Assembly: GCA_039630055.1 (NCBI GenBank)
Contig: JBCNVN010000033.1
Coordinates: 1 to 10,229, forward strand
Reading direction: 5' to 3'
From: Candidatus Caldarchaeales archaeon
GTDB taxonomy: Archaea; Thermoproteota; Nitrososphaeria_A; Caldarchaeales; Wolframiiraptoraceae
Length of the DNA: 10,229 nucleotides
Below the pieces are notes generated by a model. The model was not told the DNA's origin and did no database searches. It saw nothing but the letters and a program-made list of their open reading frames with translations. Made by a program: the position numbers and the translations under genes. Shown in pieces: positions 1 to 7,063 of the stretch (position 1 is its first letter; every line of letters starts with the position of its first letter).

Positions 1-148
1 TTTCCAGCATCTTATCGCTAACATCGACCACAATATTTTTTCAAGATTTCTCCATCTATCTTAATCGAGCAAGATAAGTTCGTATATAGCACCAGTACAT
101 AGAAACCTATACCACCATCTTTTATATATAGAATGTTAATCTTATGAG

Positions 149-156
149 TTTAAATA
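149..156 (+). promoter_or_regulatory. Putative archaeal TATA box for the aldolase gene
   Basis: TTTAAATA ends 24 nt before ATG 181, the spacing expected for a leaderless or near-leaderless archaeal transcript. The region is AT-rich, so chance matches are possible. Confidence 0.5.
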
Positions 157-180
157 TAACGTATATTCAGATATATCAGT

Positions 181-873
181 ATGAGTTTACCAGATATTGA
201 TAAGAGATCGATTGACAGAGTAATGGATGACGTTATACATGTTTCTAAGTCTCTTTTTGAAATGGGGTTGGTTAAGAGTACCTTTGGAGTAGTCAGCGAA
301 ATTATTCCAGATACAAATTATGTCGTCATAACTCCCAGTGGTTTTAGAAAAGAGAAGGTAACAAAAGAGAACCTAATAATAGTTGATCTTGATGGGAAGG
401 TTGTGTTAGGAGATCTTAGACCTTCAACTGAGACGCCGATGCACGTCTACATTCATAAACATGTCAAAGAGGCAAAATGCGTAATTCATTCCCACTCACC
501 GATGGCAACAGTCTTCGCAATTCTCAAGAGAGACATACCATGTATAACATCTGAGCAAGCCTTCATGTTTGGAGGAAGAATACCTGTAGTGAAGAAGTAT
601 TCTCTTCCTGGAACAAGTAACATAGAAGAATTGGAGAGCATAGCGGAGTCATTGAGAAATAGTAAAGCAGCATTGCTTCCGAGGCACGGTGTTATCGTTC
701 ATGGAGAGGGTGCAGAGGAGGCGTTAGACAATGCTATAGTCGTCGAAGATATTGCCCAGATGGCGATCTTTGCTCTACTACTTGGACAGCCTATAGAATT
801 TACAGATAGAGAGATAGCATACCTACAAGAATACAGGAGAACAAGATACGGACAGAAGATTCAAAAGAGATAA
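181..873 (+). CDS. Class II aldolase/adducin family protein (L-fuculose-1-phosphate aldolase-like)
   Basis: 230 aa with ITPSG, RPSTETPMH (Glu as in FucA-type aldolases rather than the Asp of AraD epimerases), Zn-binding IHSHS and LPRHGVIVHG. Confidence 0.9.
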   Translation: MSLPDIDKRSIDRVMDDVIHVSKSLFEMGLVKSTFGVVSEIIPDTNYVVITPSGFRKEKVTKENLIIVDLDGKVVLGDLRPSTETPMHVYIHKHVKEAKCVIHSHSPMATVFAILKRDIPCITSEQAFMFGGRIPVVKKYSLPGTSNIEELESIAESLRNSKAALLPRHGVIVHGEGAEEALDNAIVVEDIAQMAIFALLLGQPIEFTDREIAYLQEYRRTRYGQKIQKR

Positions 874-989
874 AAAATTATGTCACTATATCTAGCAGGG
901 GATGGTAATTTTACATCCATTTTTATTAAGCTATTTCGATGTCCGACTCGTATACTGTTTTAAAAAATAAAAAATGATTGAACGTATTG

Positions 990-2531
990 TTACTCGTATA
1001 GTTTGGATGGATCAGAATAGCATTCTTCAAGGACTTCATGAAGTTTTAGATACAATTTATAGAGTTTATCATAGATGATTGTATTCTCTAATGTTGGTTT
1101 CACTGATTGATCTACTTTCACCCAGTCATGTATCGTTTCATACTTGAGATGACCCGTTCCAACCCCTGCTAGCAGAGCATCTCCGAGAGGAGCGCCAGGA
1201 GCCTCCTCAACATAATATAGTTCTTTCCCGGTTACATCTGCCATAATCTTTCTCCAGACTGGAGATTTCGCTCCACCATTTACCAAGATGATCCGCTTTA
1301 TTGGTATTCTTGCTTCTACTGCGACATCAATACTATGGCGGAGGGCATAGGCAATAGATTCAAGAAATGCTCTGTAGATATGAGCCTTAGTATGCGATAT
1401 TGTCAATCCAAAAAGACAGCTCCTCATGTCTTTGCTCCAGAATGGCGCTCTCTCGCCAACAATCATGTGGGGTGTAAATATTAATCCATCAGATCCAGGC
1501 CTTATCTTCTCGGCCATCCTATCGAGAAGCATATATGTAGAAATATTAGAATTCTCTGCAACTAACTTTTCATGTTGGGATAACGTATCTCTAAACCATC
1601 TTACTATAGCTCCTGCTGTTGCAACCCCAGAGTGAGAATATACCTTTGCTAGGTCATAAGCTACATGAGGCAATGTTACAATCTTTCTAGATAGTCTTAG
1701 CTCGTCCTGTATTACACCATTACACATTGATGTCCCTATCATAGATGTTAAGTCTCCATCATCTAGTGCGGTTACACTCAAAGCCGAGACTGGTGCATCT
1801 ATTCCTCCAGCGACTACAGGTGTACCCTTCTTGAGACCGGTAAGCTTTTCCCCTTCTTCTGTTATCTCTCCAATTACATCTTTAGAGCAATTTATCTTCT
1901 CGGGGAAGAAGGTTCTAGGTATTCCGAGCTCATCCATCAGCTCCTCACTCCAATCTCTTTTGTATATGTCATATATTCCTCCAATGTTTCCAGCGCTCGA
2001 GTGGTCTATACAATTTACTCCTGTAAGCCTGTAGATTACATAGCCGTATATCGTCATTAGCTTATGTATCTTCTCCCAATTCTTAGGTTCATGTCTTTTA
2101 ATCCATAATATCTTTGGAAAACCATAATATGGATCTATTATATTGCCGGTCTTCTTGAATATCTCATCCTCACCTATCTCTCTCTTTATCCATTCGGTCT
2201 CTTCTATGGCCCTTCTATCCATCCAGATAATTGCAGGTCTAATAGGTTTATACTCTCTGTCTACAGGCACACCTGCACCTGAGAACAATCCACTGATCGA
2301 GAGACCGCCAATATCTGACGGATCTATCTTTGATATTCTTAAAGCTTCTCTAATGCTTTCACTGTAACCATTAAGCCAGACATCGGGCCACTGCTCTGCC
2401 CATCCAGGATTAGGAATAATAATGTCCGTTTCGATGAATGATGAAGCTATAATCTTTCCAGAAGAGTCTACTATGCAACTTTTAGTACCGAATGTTCCTA
2501 TATCGGTTCCGAGAAAAAGAGGGTAATCCAT
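990..2531 (-). CDS. FGGY-family carbohydrate kinase (xylulokinase-like)
   Basis: 513 aa with N-terminal LGTDIGTFGTK, PGWAEQ, IIWMDRRA, VVAGGID, IGTS, GERAPFW, RAFLES and NGGAKSPVW motifs. Confidence 0.93.
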   Translation of the reverse strand: MDYPLFLGTDIGTFGTKSCIVDSSGKIIASSFIETDIIIPNPGWAEQWPDVWLNGYSESIREALRISKIDPSDIGGLSISGLFSGAGVPVDREYKPIRPAIIWMDRRAIEETEWIKREIGEDEIFKKTGNIIDPYYGFPKILWIKRHEPKNWEKIHKLMTIYGYVIYRLTGVNCIDHSSAGNIGGIYDIYKRDWSEELMDELGIPRTFFPEKINCSKDVIGEITEEGEKLTGLKKGTPVVAGGIDAPVSALSVTALDDGDLTSMIGTSMCNGVIQDELRLSRKIVTLPHVAYDLAKVYSHSGVATAGAIVRWFRDTLSQHEKLVAENSNISTYMLLDRMAEKIRPGSDGLIFTPHMIVGERAPFWSKDMRSCLFGLTISHTKAHIYRAFLESIAYALRHSIDVAVEARIPIKRIILVNGGAKSPVWRKIMADVTGKELYYVEEAPGAPLGDALLAGVGTGHLKYETIHDWVKVDQSVKPTLENTIIYDKLYKLYLKLHEVLEECYSDPSKLYE

Positions 2532-2845
2532 AATAACATCAGCGTTTAATGGGATATAGCAGTATATATCTTTAAGCTGTAGGAAACGATGCTCAACTTA
2601 GTTTACGTTTCTCCAGTAGTCACGTTAATTCATCTATTAAAAATTAAGATAACATTGATAATTGGGAAACTATTGATTATTCTCTCTAAATTAGAATTTT
2701 TGTTTAGAGATTCTTTCTATCGATCTTTAATTTTGACCGATCGAATGATCACTGTATTCCCGATATATTTCACTAAATATTTAGATTGCTAAAAAATTAT
2801 CATGATCATGGTTGAAAGATCTTCTTGAGTATAGATGATCCTTTT

Positions 2846-3020
2846 AGTCTTCTAGGTTAACTACTCCATCTGGAATTCCATATTCTACTTGATCGTTTCT
2901 CTAATATATTGTAATCTCTAGGAGCTCTTTCTATATCTATCAAAACATCTAATGTTTTATAAGGTAAATATTTTTTGATTCTCTTCTAACACTTTCGAAA
3001 ATTCTTCTAGATTCTTCACT
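2846..3020 (-). pseudogene. Possible highly decayed aldehyde dehydrogenase fragment
   Basis: Minus-strand pieces in different frames read KNLEEFSKVLEEN, KTLDVLIDIERA and EYGIPDGVVNL (GIPDGVVNL at 2853-2879). They occur in ALDH order and the last resembles DAGIPHGVVNI of the intact ALDH. Matches are short and require large deletions. Confidence 0.25.
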
Positions 3021-3069
3021 TGAACGCTTGACCCATGTATTCAGTTCTATTGTAAATCATTTCTGATAA

Positions 3070-3413
3070 TGGGAGTATTCTGAAGAAATGGATGAGAAGG
3101 CAAAACAGATAAGAGAGATGATGATAGAGAAAGATTTGGGATATTTTGGATTATTGTTTATAAGAAAGCTTTGGAAGTGGTAAAGGAGATGAATACTCCT
3201 ACTAAGATTCTGGCCTACTCTACTCGTTTGGAATCGGGTAAAAGATATCTATATTTGGAGTGATTGGCTGGCTTACCAATCGTGATTATCATGAATAGAG
3301 ATGCTATAGAATGGATTTTGACAATTTACATAAGTGATGAAAATGGTAAGATTAAGATCCTTAACGATCTTTCCCCTCACATTGTCGATAAATTGATGAA
3401 GTTAAGATGGATT
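3070..3413 (+). pseudogene. Transaldolase-family C-terminal fragment (frameshift plus internal stop)
   Basis: Reconstruction reads ...EKDLGYFG / IIVYKKALEVVKEMNTPTKILAYSTRL...YLE*LAGLPIVIIMN...PHIVDKLMKL. There is a frameshift near 3149 and a TGA at 3261-3263; ORF 3264..3551 continues the same frame. It resembles the transaldolase C-terminal pattern G-I-A-V-x-K-K-A...K-L-L-x-A-S-x-R...E-L-A-G. Confidence 0.5.
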
Positions 3414-3763
3414 GGAAAAGAGTCATCTACCAATCGTCATGGTAATCACCAATCTCCAAATGCTATAATCGATACCTTTTTGAACACTTTCCTCGCAGCC
3501 TTCTTTTACTGCTCATGTAGTCATAGCTACTTGGAACACATTAAAACATGATATCTCATTAGTTGAAAACCGAAGCTTGTGAGATAGCTAAATGTTTGAA
3601 TTCTAGTCTTAATGACAGGTATCTTTACAATCTTCAATTTGGATTAGAACTAATCTATAATTAAGTATAGTTTTAACTATTATAGAATCCAATATCCTAT
3701 TTCACAGATTATTATTTGATGTATTATTTTAATCATTCAATAATGATTATCAAATGCATCTTA

Positions 3764-5215
3764 TTATGTTATGTCATAGTATACTTTGATGTGTTTAACT
3801 TCTAGATAATGCTTTAACCCTTCTCGACCCAAGTCACAGCCTATACCACTTTCCTTCCAACCAGGGTACGGAGCCTCAATAGTAGAAACATCAACATTGT
3901 TTATTCCTATGTTTCCTGCATCTAACATTCTCGATAGCTTCCAAGCCTTGTTTAGGTTATTGGTGTACACGTAGGCTGCTAATCCATAACGAGTGGAGTT
4001 GGCCATCTCGATCACTTCGTTTATGGTGTTGAAGGGCATTACTGGTTTAGCTGGACCGAAGGTCTCTTCCTTCATTATCTCCATATCATGATTCACATTT
4101 ACGATTATTGTCGGTTCATACCAGTATCCCTTCTTGAACTTCTCACCATCTGGTCGTTTACCTCCAATTAGGATCTTTGCACCCTTCTTGACCGCATCCT
4201 CAACATGTTCTATGACCTTGGATAGTGCCTCCTTATTACACATTGGCCCTAAATCAACATCGGGTTCCTTCAGTGGATCACCGATCTTTAATTTTTTGGT
4301 CTCCTCTACGAACAACTCTACAAATTTATCGTAAATCTTTTTCTCTACAAATATTCTATTAACCGCGTTACATATTTGACCCATGTTTCTGAAAGATCTC
4401 CTAACCGCTCCCTTTACCGCTTTCTCTAGATCTGCATCTTCAAAGACTATCATAGGTGTCTGCCCGCCAAGCTCCAAGGTCACTCTCTTCAAGTTTGATG
4501 CACATAACTCCATCACATGTTTTCCTATATCGGTTGAGCCGGTGAAACTAACCTTTCTAACTAGAGGATGAGATATGAGCGCTTCACCCACTGTCCTTCC
4601 CGGTCCAGTGATAATGTTTACTACGCCATGAGGTATACCTGCATCATGAAGACACTCGATAAATTTTATCGGTGATATAGGTGTGTATGATGGGGGTTTG
4701 GCGATTAGGGTGCATCCAGCTGCGAGGGCTGCTCCAACCTTCCATGATAAGAGCTGGACAGGATAGTTCCATGGTGTGATTGCAGCGACGACGCCTACTG
4801 GCTGCCATATCGTAATGCTCTCATATTCTTTTCTGGGTAAAGGTATTATTTCTCCATAGACTCTAAATATCTCTTCAGCAAAATATCTAAGAACATTAGC
4901 AGCATTTTTTAGTTCTTCTATAGCTTGCTTAAGCGGCTTACCTTGCTCCATAGATAGATATCTACTTATTTCACTTGCTCTTTTCTCAACTATCTCAGCA
5001 GATTTATACAATAAATCTTTTCTTTCTCCAAGAGGCTTTTGTGACCATTCTCTGAAGGCTTTATGGGCCGCTTTAACCGCTTTATCTACGTCTCCTAAAG
5101 TAGCAGATGGTACTTGAGCTATCGTATCCTCTGTTGCAGGATTTATTACATTCTCATATTTTCCGTCTGAAGATCCAACCCATTCACTATCAATCAGCAT
5201 AAAGAATTTCTCCAC
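3764..5215 (-). CDS. NAD(P)-dependent aldehyde dehydrogenase (succinate-semialdehyde/lactaldehyde dehydrogenase-like)
   Basis: 483 aa with ITPWNYP, FTGSTDIG, LELGG, catalytic Cys in GQICNA, and EETFGP. GTG start with a strong Shine-Dalgarno. Confidence 0.95.
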   Translation of the reverse strand: MEKFFMLIDSEWVGSSDGKYENVINPATEDTIAQVPSATLGDVDKAVKAAHKAFREWSQKPLGERKDLLYKSAEIVEKRASEISRYLSMEQGKPLKQAIEELKNAANVLRYFAEEIFRVYGEIIPLPRKEYESITIWQPVGVVAAITPWNYPVQLLSWKVGAALAAGCTLIAKPPSYTPISPIKFIECLHDAGIPHGVVNIITGPGRTVGEALISHPLVRKVSFTGSTDIGKHVMELCASNLKRVTLELGGQTPMIVFEDADLEKAVKGAVRRSFRNMGQICNAVNRIFVEKKIYDKFVELFVEETKKLKIGDPLKEPDVDLGPMCNKEALSKVIEHVEDAVKKGAKILIGGKRPDGEKFKKGYWYEPTIIVNVNHDMEIMKEETFGPAKPVMPFNTINEVIEMANSTRYGLAAYVYTNNLNKAWKLSRMLDAGNIGINNVDVSTIEAPYPGWKESGIGCDLGREGLKHYLEVKHIKVYYDIT

Positions 5216-5220
5216 TTCAA

Positions 5221-5228
5221 TACCTCCT
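5221..5228 (-). promoter_or_regulatory. Shine-Dalgarno sequence of the ALDH gene
   Basis: AGGAGGTA on the minus strand 5 nt upstream of the GTG start, typical of an internal gene of an archaeal operon. Confidence 0.75.
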
Positions 5229-5233
5229 TATGA

Positions 5234-5518
5234 CTATTCAATCTGCATTATCTCTTTTCCTTTTAAAATAAAGTAAACTTCTTCTAAATTATTATGCGAA
5301 TGACATGTATTTTGACATTCAAGATATTTTATTGTAAATCCTAAAGTCGATATCTTCAATGGAGATTTATAAGGCTCAATCGATCTATATGTATTTCTAA
5401 GTATATGCCCTTTCCTTTCTTTTATGGGATATCTAAGTGAACGACCACATGTATGTGATTCTATAGTGTCTATATTTCCTGCCAAGTATTTCTCAACTAT
5501 ATTTTCATTCATAGACAT
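5234..5518 (-). pseudogene. Truncated cupin-domain protein
   Basis: Ends with cupin motif 1 (CHSHNNLEEVYFILKGK) and stops a few residues later. Motif 2 is missing and only 18 nt separate it from the ALDH start. Confidence 0.65.
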
Positions 5519-5864
5519 CTATTACACTGTTATAGAAATGTAATATTTTAGTATTGTTAATCTACCATAAATAAATGTGAGATATCGAAACCCTCCATTC
5601 TGAGGAATAAATTACTAATTCATCCTCTATGGTATATGCTGCCAAATAATATAAAACTTGATTCTATAAATTGCCTAGCTAAAATATGACAAGTATTGGC
5701 AGGAAATCATATTTTCCATCTGCTTACAAGTAGGTTAAAGTTTACTGAAATTATCTAGAATCAATAATTTAACCTACATTCAATAAGAATTGTTCCTACA
5801 GATCTATTGATGTCGTAATCTTACTTAAACTCTATAGGTTCTATATTTTTATCTTTTCAAATCA

Positions 5865-6205
5865 AATGGATCTTGTTGGGTTTAGTTCTTCAATCGGCAG
5901 ACAAGCTTTGATAATTTTTAAGTTAGCTCTTCTGTAGCAAGTCTAGGTCTGTGAATGAGGTGGTCACTCTTTAATCTTATTTGCGACGATCGATGCGCCT
6001 GTTCCAGTGTAACACATGGGTATGGCGGTATCTGCTTTCCATCCGGTAGATTCTTTGCACCTTCATAAACCATATCAGGCTACGGTAGTGGGTGTCAATC
6101 TATCATGGCACTTACAGGACCATTTCGTAGCCCTGGGACTTAGATACTTGACGATGAATTTGCAACTGGGCATGATCTATCTGCACTGACGATAATTTTA
6201 GGCAT
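5865..6205 (-). pseudogene. RpiB/LacA/LacB family sugar-phosphate isomerase pseudogene
   Basis: Not in the ORF track. Fragments in changing frames: MPKIIVSAD (ATG at 6205), KSQGYEMV, PDMVYEGAK, and ADTAIPMCYTGTGASIVANKIK (CYTGTGASIVANKIK at 5970-6014). The last matches the RpiB catalytic motif C-x-T-G-x-G-x-S-I-x-A-N-K. The 3' limit is approximate. Confidence 0.8.
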
Positions 6206-6384
6206 CTGGCTTTACATCAGATTAATAGGTGAGAAAGAATTAAACATTATAGTTACCGGTTTTGAGCAATCCTTGTATGTGAAATATTCTTAAAGGACTA
6301 ATAAAATTTCTTTGTATGTAGCCAAGAGAAATGTTTTAAGAACAATCCTCAATAAGTCTTCGGATCAAAGGATTTATTTTATTT

Positions 6385-6392
6385 ATTATTAA
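6385..6392 (+). repeat. Left target-site duplication ATTATTAA
   Basis: Identical to 10175-10182 and directly abuts the left TIR. Eight bp is the usual IS6-family DR length. Confidence 0.9.
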
Positions 6393-6414
6393 GGTTCTGT
6401 TAAGTTTTCGGGGT
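6393..6414 (+). repeat. Left terminal inverted repeat GGTTCTGTTAAGTTTTCGGGGT
   Basis: 21/22 match to the reverse complement of 10153-10174. The start resembles IS257/IS6-family ends (GGTTCTGTT). Confidence 0.92.
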
Positions 6415-6435
6415 ATAAGTCCTTAGAGGATGCGA

Positions 6436-6455
6436 TGTTAGAATTCGGGGTATAA
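6436..6455 (+). repeat. Left inner (subterminal) repeat TGTTAGAATTCGGGGTATAA
   Basis: Repeats the inner part of the TIR (TTCGGGGTATAA at 6407-6418 and 6444-6455) and starts 43 nt from the element end, as does its right-end counterpart. Confidence 0.8.
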
Positions 6456-6460
6456 CACTT

Positions 6461-6472
6461 AAAGTTTAAATA
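6461..6472 (+). promoter_or_regulatory. Putative BRE-TATA promoter of the winged-helix gene
   Basis: AAAG followed by TTTAAATA (6465-6472). Standard archaeal spacing predicts a TSS near 6495-6498. Confidence 0.6.
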
Positions 6473-6495
6473 GAGTTTCGTCTTCTTTTCTTCTA

Positions 6496-6511
6496 GAGCG
6501 ATATGCCACGT
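6496..6511 (+). repeat. 16-bp direct repeat, copy 1 (GAGCGATATGCCACGT), spanning the predicted TSS and the ATG
   Basis: Exact match to 6947-6962. Confidence 0.92.
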
Positions 6512-6934
6512 AAGTTTAAAATTGAGTCTCTTGGAGAAAGAGAAGAGGATGTTGTGAAAATAGAAGTTTACGCAGATTCTATGGAAGAAGCAGTAGAGAA
6601 AGCTAAGAAAATTTTCTCCAGTCTTCAGCAGACATCCATTGCAAATATGTCGAAGAAAAGTCAACTTGCATCAAAGATTAAAGAAGTTCTCTACGAAAAA
6701 TTCAAAAATAATGAATCGTTCACCTTGCATGAAATCATGGAGAGAGTTCAAGGATTTTCTGTCTCTCCAAAAGATAATGAAAAAGAGTATAAGCGGTTTT
6801 ACGACCGGTTTTGGACTGTACTGCAGGAACTAAAGAGGGAGGGCATAGTATTTCAGAGCGGCACAATCATCCAAAGAGAAGACGGGGCGAACAAGCCGTA
6901 TAGAGTCTGGAAGCCTGTTAAAGTAGAGGGTTAG
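6503..6934 (+). CDS. Hypothetical two-domain protein with a small N-terminal beta-beta-alpha domain and a C-terminal winged helix-turn-helix
   Basis: 143 aa of normal composition with a TATA box upstream. The C-terminus FTLHEIMERV...RFWTVLQELKREGIV...PYRVWK looks like a wHTH. The N-terminus KIEVYADSMEEAVEKAKKIF recalls HicB-like or Jag_N-like small domains. Fold inferred by eye. Confidence 0.7.
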   Translation: MPRKFKIESLGEREEDVVKIEVYADSMEEAVEKAKKIFSSLQQTSIANMSKKSQLASKIKEVLYEKFKNNESFTLHEIMERVQGFSVSPKDNEKEYKRFYDRFWTVLQELKREGIVFQSGTIIQREDGANKPYRVWKPVKVEG

Positions 6935-6984
6935 TGGGGCCTAGCCGAGCGATATGCCACGTGAGACAGAATCGCTAGGCCCCA
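6935..6984 (+). ncRNA. Hairpin with a perfect 11-bp stem and a 28-nt loop carrying the 16-nt repeat
   Basis: TGGGGCCTAGC (6935-6945) pairs with GCTAGGCCCCA (6974-6984). It starts at the first base after the TAG stop. Expression as an RNA is inferred. Confidence 0.6.
6947..6962 (+). repeat. 16-bp direct repeat, copy 2, inside the hairpin loop
   Basis: Exact match to 6496-6511. Confidence 0.92.
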
Positions 6985-6987
6985 GAT

Positions 6988-7063
6988 GGGCGGGTGAGCT
7001 AACGGGAATGCGCCACCACATGGGCGTGGTGGTATTGGGGTTCAAGTCCCCACCCGCCCACCA
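6988..7063 (+). tRNA. tRNA-like element with encoded CCA and undetermined anticodon
   Basis: 76 nt. Acceptor stem GGGCGGG/CCCGCCC, T8, T-arm TGGGG-TTCAAGT-CCCCA, discriminator A, then CCA. D-loop GG is present but the D-stem is weak. The anticodon arm is a 7-bp stem CCACCAC/GTGGTGG with a 6-nt loop ATGGGC. Confidence 0.8.

Noticed and set aside
1-120. Minus-strand peptide NIVVDVSDKMLE running off the window edge, resembling a Rossmann or methyltransferase strand
   Set aside because: It is preceded by an in-frame stop, is too short and is truncated by the window, so it cannot be assigned.
1426-2367. Plus-strand ORFs 1426..1635, 1831..2034 and 2143..2367
   Set aside because: They are antisense shadows of the FGGY kinase with no recognisable motifs.
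2589-2792. 67-aa ORF
   Set aside because: AT-rich Leu/Ile-biased translation typical of non-coding DNA, with no motif.
2773-2810. Palindromes CTAAATATTTAG (2773-2784) and CATGATCATG (2801-2810)
   Set aside because: They are short, lie in AT-rich sequence, are unrelated to each other and are not placed at a clear promoter.
3264-3551. 95-aa ORF as an independent gene
   Set aside because: Its TTG start directly follows an in-frame stop. It is better explained as part of the transaldolase-like remnant plus read-through.
3730-3749. Inverted repeat TAATCATT-CAAT-AATGATTA downstream of the ALDH
   Set aside because: A weak AT-rich stem that cannot be distinguished from chance as a terminator.
4134-4571. 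Plus-strand ORFs 4134..4334 and 4383..4571
   Set aside because: They are antisense to the ALDH.
5474-5707. 12-bp inverted repeat ATTTCCTGCCAA (5474-5485) / TTGGCAGGAAAT (5696-5707) as a possible MITE
   Set aside because: There is no flanking target duplication and one arm lies within cupin coding sequence.
6389-6833. ORFs 6389..6664 (-) and 6639..6833 (+)
   Set aside because: They overlap the better supported 6503..6934 gene, and the first also runs across the TIR.
6496-6962. 16-bp repeats as a minimal CRISPR array
   Set aside because: There are only two copies, they are too short and 451 bp apart, and no cas genes are in the window.
6935-6984. Hairpin as a C/D box sRNA or a simple intrinsic terminator
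   Set aside because: It has no canonical RUGAUGA/CUGA pair and no U-tract after the stem on either strand, and the 28-nt loop is atypical for a terminator.
6988-7063. tRNA as the attachment site of an integrative element
   Set aside because: There is no integrase and no second partial tRNA copy in the window. The boundaries are explained by the IS6 TIRs and TSD.
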